Shown here in pieces: positions 58,368-62,654 of a stretch of DNA of 62,654 bases; the stretch's first letter is position 1, and each line of letters starts with the position of its first letter. Made by a program: the position numbers and the translations under genes. The stretch lies in the IMG/VR virus record IMGVR_UViG_3300020193_000020, positions 1-62,654 of that record; one strand, written 5' to 3'. Source of the DNA: a virus (lineage: Duplodnaviria; Caudoviricetes). The notes under the pieces are model-generated. The model had not been told where the DNA came from and did no database searches. It saw only the letters and a list, made by a program, of their open reading frames with translations.

Positions 58368-58478
58368 ATGATATACGATGAAATCGTTGAAATTTGTGAA
58401 GTTGGTGAGATGGATTCTATAGACATAGAAGTATCTGGAAACCATTATTTTTTTGCAAATGATATATTGACGCACAAC
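58368..58478 (+). mobile_element. Split intein C-fragment (37 aa)
   Basis: MIYDEI..IDIEVSGNHYFFANDILTHN|S. Confidence 0.92.
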
Positions 58479-58805
58479 TCAAATTCAGATCCAGGCTTAG
58501 AAGATACTTCAGAATCATTTGGTTTACCTGCAACCGCAGATTTAATGTTTGCTTTGATTAGTAGTGAAGAACTGGAAAAAATGAATCAGATAATGGTAAA
58601 GCAATTAAAAAATCGTTATGCTGATCCATCTATGTATAAAAAGTTTGTTATTGGAATTGATAAATCAAGAATGAAATTATATGATATTGATAATGATACA
58701 CAAACTTTAATTGATTCGGGACATGAAGAAGATGAAGAAGTTGAAAATGTATTGAAAAAATCTAAATTCTCATTTAAAAATAAATTTTCAGATTTCAAAT
58801 TTTGA
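58368..58805 (+). CDS. gp41: Replicative helicase, C-terminal part (IntC plus C-extein)
   Basis: After THN: SNSDPGLEDTSESFGLPATADLMFAL..VKQLKNRY; GAGGT upstream. Confidence 0.95.
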   Translation: MIYDEIVEICEVGEMDSIDIEVSGNHYFFANDILTHNSNSDPGLEDTSESFGLPATADLMFALISSEELEKMNQIMVKQLKNRYADPSMYKKFVIGIDKSRMKLYDIDNDTQTLIDSGHEEDEEVENVLKKSKFSFKNKFSDFKF

Positions 58806-58807
58806 TT

Positions 58808-58832
58808 TATAAATATTAGTTGAATATAAATA
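58808..58832 (+). promoter_or_regulatory. Tandem late promoters TATAAATA
   Basis: Exact copies at 58808-58815 and 58825-58832. Confidence 0.75.
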
Positions 58833-58854
58833 TTTGTTATAATCAAGGAGTCTT

Positions 58855-59688
58855 ATGCTAAAAGAAGAAGCTGAAGGTAGAATGATTTTAGCTCAATTAG
58901 AAAAAATTTCTAAATTATCATCTGCCTTAATGGATAAAATATCAGATAGTGATGATTTAGAAGGTTGGGTTCAGAATAAGATTGATCTAGCTGAAGATTA
59001 TATACAAACCGTGTATGATTACATGACATATAACTTAGATTCGGTTTCTGAAGATTTACGTAAGTGGTTTAGTAAAACAGATCCAAAGGGAAATTGGGTT
59101 AGGATTGGTACCGATGGCGAAATAAAAGGTAGTTGTGCAAGAGAAAAAGGTGAAGGAAAACCCAAATGTCTTCCGAGACAAAAAGCAGTCTCTATGAGTA
59201 AAGAAGATAGAGCCAAAGCCGCAAAAAGAAAACGCAGACTTGATCCAGAAACCAATAGACCGGGAACAGGAAATAAACCAATTAATGTAAAAACCGAAGA
59301 GGTTGAATATTTACAGGAAAAAAATATTCCAAATAATCCCAAATTATGGGCAAGAGCTAAAGCATTAGCTAAACAAAAATTTGATATATATCCTAGTGCC
59401 TTTAGTAATGGTTGGGCTGCTAAATGGTATAAATCCAAAGGTGGAACATGGAAATCGAAATCAATATCTGAAGAAGGAACTCAAATGAAGTCATTTACTG
59501 AATTTAGAAAAATTGTTAACGAATGTACATGTGACACGGTTATTCTGGAAAAATCCCCAAATGATCCAGAAATTGAAGCCTGGATTAAATCAAATAAAGC
59601 AAGATTCAAGAAAGAATATGGTGAGAAAAAAGGAACAGAAGTTCTTTATGCTAAAGCATGGGACATGTATAATAAAAAGAAGAAATAA
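58855..59688 (+). CDS. Basic multi-module probable head-internal protein
   Basis: Late promoters; small basic modules separated by Glu-containing linkers (VSE, LQE, ISEE, ILE). Confidence 0.65.
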   Translation: MLKEEAEGRMILAQLEKISKLSSALMDKISDSDDLEGWVQNKIDLAEDYIQTVYDYMTYNLDSVSEDLRKWFSKTDPKGNWVRIGTDGEIKGSCAREKGEGKPKCLPRQKAVSMSKEDRAKAAKRKRRLDPETNRPGTGNKPINVKTEEVEYLQEKNIPNNPKLWARAKALAKQKFDIYPSAFSNGWAAKWYKSKGGTWKSKSISEEGTQMKSFTEFRKIVNECTCDTVILEKSPNDPEIEAWIKSNKARFKKEYGEKKGTEVLYAKAWDMYNKKKK

Positions 59689-59690
59689 CC

Positions 59691-60035
59691 ATGTTAACAC
59701 TAAAAGAATTTTTCAATACATTAAAAGAAGCTGAAGAGATTACAGAAGAAGAAAAGAAGAAAAATCCACCACTAAATAAACCTATGAGGGGTGATCGTAA
59801 AAAGTATAAAGTTTACGTAAAAGATCCTCAAACTGGTAATATTAAAAAAGTTGAATTCGGTGATCCGAATATGTCAATCAAAAGAGATAATCCAGAACGC
59901 AGAAAAGCTTTTAGATCTAGACATGGTTGTGATGATCCTTCCGTACCAAAACCAAAAACAAAAGCTAAATATTGGGCATGTAAATTTTGGCAAAAAGGTA
60001 AAACCGTAACATCTTTACTTAAAGGTAAAAAATAA
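59691..60035 (+). CDS. Basic probable head-internal protein
   Basis: MLTLKEF..E N-terminus; KKYKVYVK..KKVEFGD..RKAFRSRHGC..YWAC. Confidence 0.7.
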   Translation: MLTLKEFFNTLKEAEEITEEEKKKNPPLNKPMRGDRKKYKVYVKDPQTGNIKKVEFGDPNMSIKRDNPERRKAFRSRHGCDDPSVPKPKTKAKYWACKFWQKGKTVTSLLKGKK

Positions 60036-60376
60036 TGGCTGGTATAACAGTAAAACAGCGAAGGGGTACAACAACAGAACATTCAGCATTTACTGGTGCT
60101 TTAGGTGAAACTACGGTTGATACTACTAAAAAAGTTCTTGTTGTCCACGATGGTTCAACCGCTGGTGGCTTTCCACTAAATAGAACATATAGTGTATCAA
60201 TTACAGCACAAACAACAGTAACAGTAACGCATAATTTAAATACAACAGATATTATTGTTGCATGTTACGACGCTTCGAATGTTCAAATAACACCTTCAAG
60301 TGTTACTATAAATAATAGTAACACTTGTACAGTAGTTTTTTCTGGTTCAACAACTGGAAAAATTGTAGTAAAATAA
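60035..60376 (+). CDS. Mtd N-terminal-like domain fibre-associated protein
   Basis: RRGTTTEHSAFTGALGETTVDTTKKVLVVHDGSTAGGFPL. Confidence 0.78.
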   Translation: MAGITVKQRRGTTTEHSAFTGALGETTVDTTKKVLVVHDGSTAGGFPLNRTYSVSITAQTTVTVTHNLNTTDIIVACYDASNVQITPSSVTINNSNTCTVVFSGSTTGKIVVK

Positions 60377-60431
60377 ACTTGAAACCATATGTCTAAAAGA
60401 GTATGGTTTAAATAAATGAGAGGGAAAAATA

Positions 60432-60833
60432 ATGAAATTAACACTTGCACAAATTAAGAACGCAGAACCTGTTGTAGCCAAGCTACTGAATGTTGAGCTA
60501 CCAATCAAGGTTTCTTATAGGTTCACCAGAATTGCAAAAGCATTTGCAGACGAAATTAAGTATTTCGAAGATTGTAGAATGAAGTTGTTTGATAAGTATG
60601 GTGAAAATCAAGATGATGGAACCAGAAAGATCACAGAACAAAATCAACAACAATTTTATTCAGATCTAACAAGTCTTCTAAACGAAGAAGTGGACTTTAA
60701 GTTTGATCACAAGATTGATATCAATCTTCTGGATGGTGTGAAACTAACACCAATCGAACTTAGTGCTTTAGAGCCTTGGTTAGATAACGTAGAGTTTGTT
60801 GATGAAGATGAAGTAGCTGTAGCTACCGTTTAA
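60432..60833 (+). CDS. Hypothetical helical protein
   Basis: 133 aa, GAGGG RBS; LPIKVSY..KYGE pattern. Confidence 0.72.
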   Translation: MKLTLAQIKNAEPVVAKLLNVELPIKVSYRFTRIAKAFADEIKYFEDCRMKLFDKYGENQDDGTRKITEQNQQQFYSDLTSLLNEEVDFKFDHKIDINLLDGVKLTPIELSALEPWLDNVEFVDEDEVAVATV

Positions 60834-60871
60834 TCAAAAATTTAAATTAAAATCCATCAGTAGGAAAATTC

Positions 60872-62654
60872 ATGGGTAATATAGTTTTAAGAAAAAATAG
60901 AGTAACAGCTAATACTTTAATTGGTAAACTTGGTGAATTAACCATCAACACTACCGACAAAACAGTTTATATTCATGATGGTTCTTCTACTGGTGGATTT
61001 TCTTTATTTAGATATAACACAACATCAGCCATTGGAAATGGAGAAATACCTTTTTCAAATGGCACACAAGGTGTTTTATCAACAGTTTCTGAATTTAAAT
61101 GGGATAGTGGAAATAATAGATTGGGTATTGGAACGACGAATCCAGCGGTGAAATTCCATGTTGAAGGTGGACGCACCAATCTCAGAGCCAGCAGCGAAAT
61201 ATATGCCTTGGGAGTTGGATATAGTTCAGACACAGGTTTGTATTATCTTGGTGCTTCAAACTCAGCCACCCCAGATCTGATATTCAGTCAGGTTGGTGGT
61301 GCCGAAAGAATGCGACTGACTGATGCGGGTGACTTGGTCATTGGCACCGTCGTCTCCGCTGGCAACACCCTCCGCTACCTAGACGTTCAAAACACCGACA
61401 CAGGCTCATCTGCTGGTGCGATTTTACGACTAATTACCAGCAACTCAGCGGGGAACGGGGTAACTACCGTAGACATTGTTAAATACAAGAACGGGACATT
61501 CGTCATTAACAATAACGACACGTCTGGTGTTTTTGCTTTCAGTAACGCTGGGTCCGAGCGAATGCGTATCGACTCCAGCGGCAATGTTGGGATCAACACT
61601 TCTAACCCATCCGGCCTAGCATCTGTTGCAAAGTTGGTGATAGTTGGGGCCGATAACACTGCTGCAACACTGGCAGAAAGCAACACGAAGGCTGCTTTTG
61701 CGATCCAACCAAGATCCGGTAGCGGGTGGGTGTTAAATGCAGGTATCGGTACTGGTGATAGTCCGTATCTGCAAGTTACCACTAGTGGTGGTGGGGCGGC
61801 ATCTAATATGTTGTGCCTGAATCCTTTCGGAAGCAATGTAGGTATTGGGACGTTGAGTCCAGGTGAAAAATTGCATGTAGCTGGTAATATCAGATTATCT
61901 GGATCTACATCAGGAAATATCACACTGACTCCCACTGCGATTGCTGGGACAACAACTCTGACTTTGCCAGCAACAACCGGAACCCTAATTACCACAGGTG
62001 ATACAGGAACAGTTACATCAGCGATGATTCTGGATGGTACTATCCTGAATGCTGACATAAATGCATCTGCTGCAATAGCTGTTTCTAAGTTAGCTGCATC
62101 AACAATTTCTGGTATTACATTAGGTAGTAATTTAGAAACATTAACTATTGGAACTGGTTTAAGTGGCACTAGTTATAATGGTTCTACAGCAGTAACAATT
62201 ACAAATACTGATACTGGATCTTCACAGAATATATTCAAAACTATCAATGTTGAAGCATCAAGTGGAGGTACTATAACAGCAGCAAGTAATACTGATTCTT
62301 TTAAATTTAAAGAAGGTAATAATATTACTCTTGCTCTTGGTGCTAACAATACTATAACAATTACTGCTAATGTCAGTGGTGGTGGGAGTAGTGGTGTTAC
62401 AAGTTTAAATAGTTTATCTGGTGGATTAAGTATAACCAGTACAGGGAATACAATAACAGTTAGTCCAAGTGGATCAACTATAGATTTATCAATTAATTCT
62501 ATACCAGCGGGAACAGTTACATCAGCAATGATTCTTGATGGTACAATTGTGAATGGTGATATATCAGCATCTGCTGCAATTGTTTATAGTAAGTTATCGT
62601 TATCTAATTCTATTGTGAATGCTGATATAAATGCATCTGCTGCAATTGTTTATA
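60872..62654 (+). CDS. Tail fibre protein, partial (runs off the right edge; absent from ORF track)
   Basis: MGNIVLRK..GELTINTTDKTVYIHDG, RLGIGTTNP and ERMRIDSSGNVGI motifs, repeated TVTSAMILDGTI/INASAAI units; translated without stops to about 61620. Confidence 0.85.
   Translation, partial: MGNIVLRKNRVTANTLIGKLGELTINTTDKTVYIHDGSSTGGFSLFRYNTTSAIGNGEIPFSNGTQGVLSTVSEFKWDSGNNRLGIGTTNPAVKFHVEGGRTNLRASSEIYALGVGYSSDTGLYYLGASNSATPDLIFSQVGGAERMRLTDAGDLVIGTVVSAGNTLRYLDVQNTDTGSSAGAILRLITSNSAGNGVTTVDIVKYKNGTFVINNNDTSGVFAFSNAGSERMRIDSSGNVGINTSNPSGLASVAKLVIVGADNTAATLAESNTKAAFAIQPRSGSGWVLNAGIGTGDSPYLQVTTSGGGAASNMLCLNPFGSNVGIGTLSPGEKLHVAGNIRLSGSTSGNITLTPTAIAGTTTLTLPATTGTLITTGDTGTVTSAMILDGTILNADINASAAIAVSKLAASTISGITLGSNLETLTIGTGLSGTSYNGSTAVTITNTDTGSSQNIFKTINVEASSGGTITAASNTDSFKFKEGNNITLALGANNTITITANVSGGGSSGVTSLNSLSGGLSITSTGNTITVSPSGSTIDLSINSIPAGTVTSAMILDGTIVNGDISASAAIVYSKLSLSNSIVNADINASAAIVY

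Noticed and set aside
60973-62169. Minus-strand ORFs 60973..61233 and 61387..62169
   Set aside because: Antisense shadows of the plus-strand fibre gene starting at 60872.
1-62654. CRISPR array, rRNA, integrase or transposase
   Set aside because: No repeat-spacer pattern or recognisable motifs were seen by eye.

Overview
AT-rich segment of a large T4-like (Tevenvirinae-related) myophage genome, annotated by motif recognition and synteny only, without searches. From left to right: minus-strand tail-fibre, neck and baseplate genes (fibres, gp15-14-13, VrlC-like, gp8-7-6-25-5-hub-53-48); a divergent gp4-2-54-26-51-tape-measure block; a minus-strand replication-accessory block (vWA/CobS-like, gp45-44-62-regA-33-59-32); an accessory region (HNH, phosphoesterase, six tRNAs, dCMP deaminase, dUTPase, Hsp20, thioredoxin, GH19 lysin); then gp43-uvsX-gp40-gp41, head-internal proteins and a second fibre gene. 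Main observations: (1) the gp41 helicase carries a cis mini-intein in Walker A and a naturally split gp41-1-type intein, so it needs two splicing events. (2) The gp51-like ORF has no upstream start codon and is reachable from gp26 by a -1 slip on a T8 run just before the tape-measure gene. (3) Several genes appear leaderless. (4) A tRNA with a UAU anticodon has an oversized variable arm. (5) hsp20 has a ROSE-like leader. (6) Two accessory genes resemble Acidobacteria secreted proteins, which may indicate the host.
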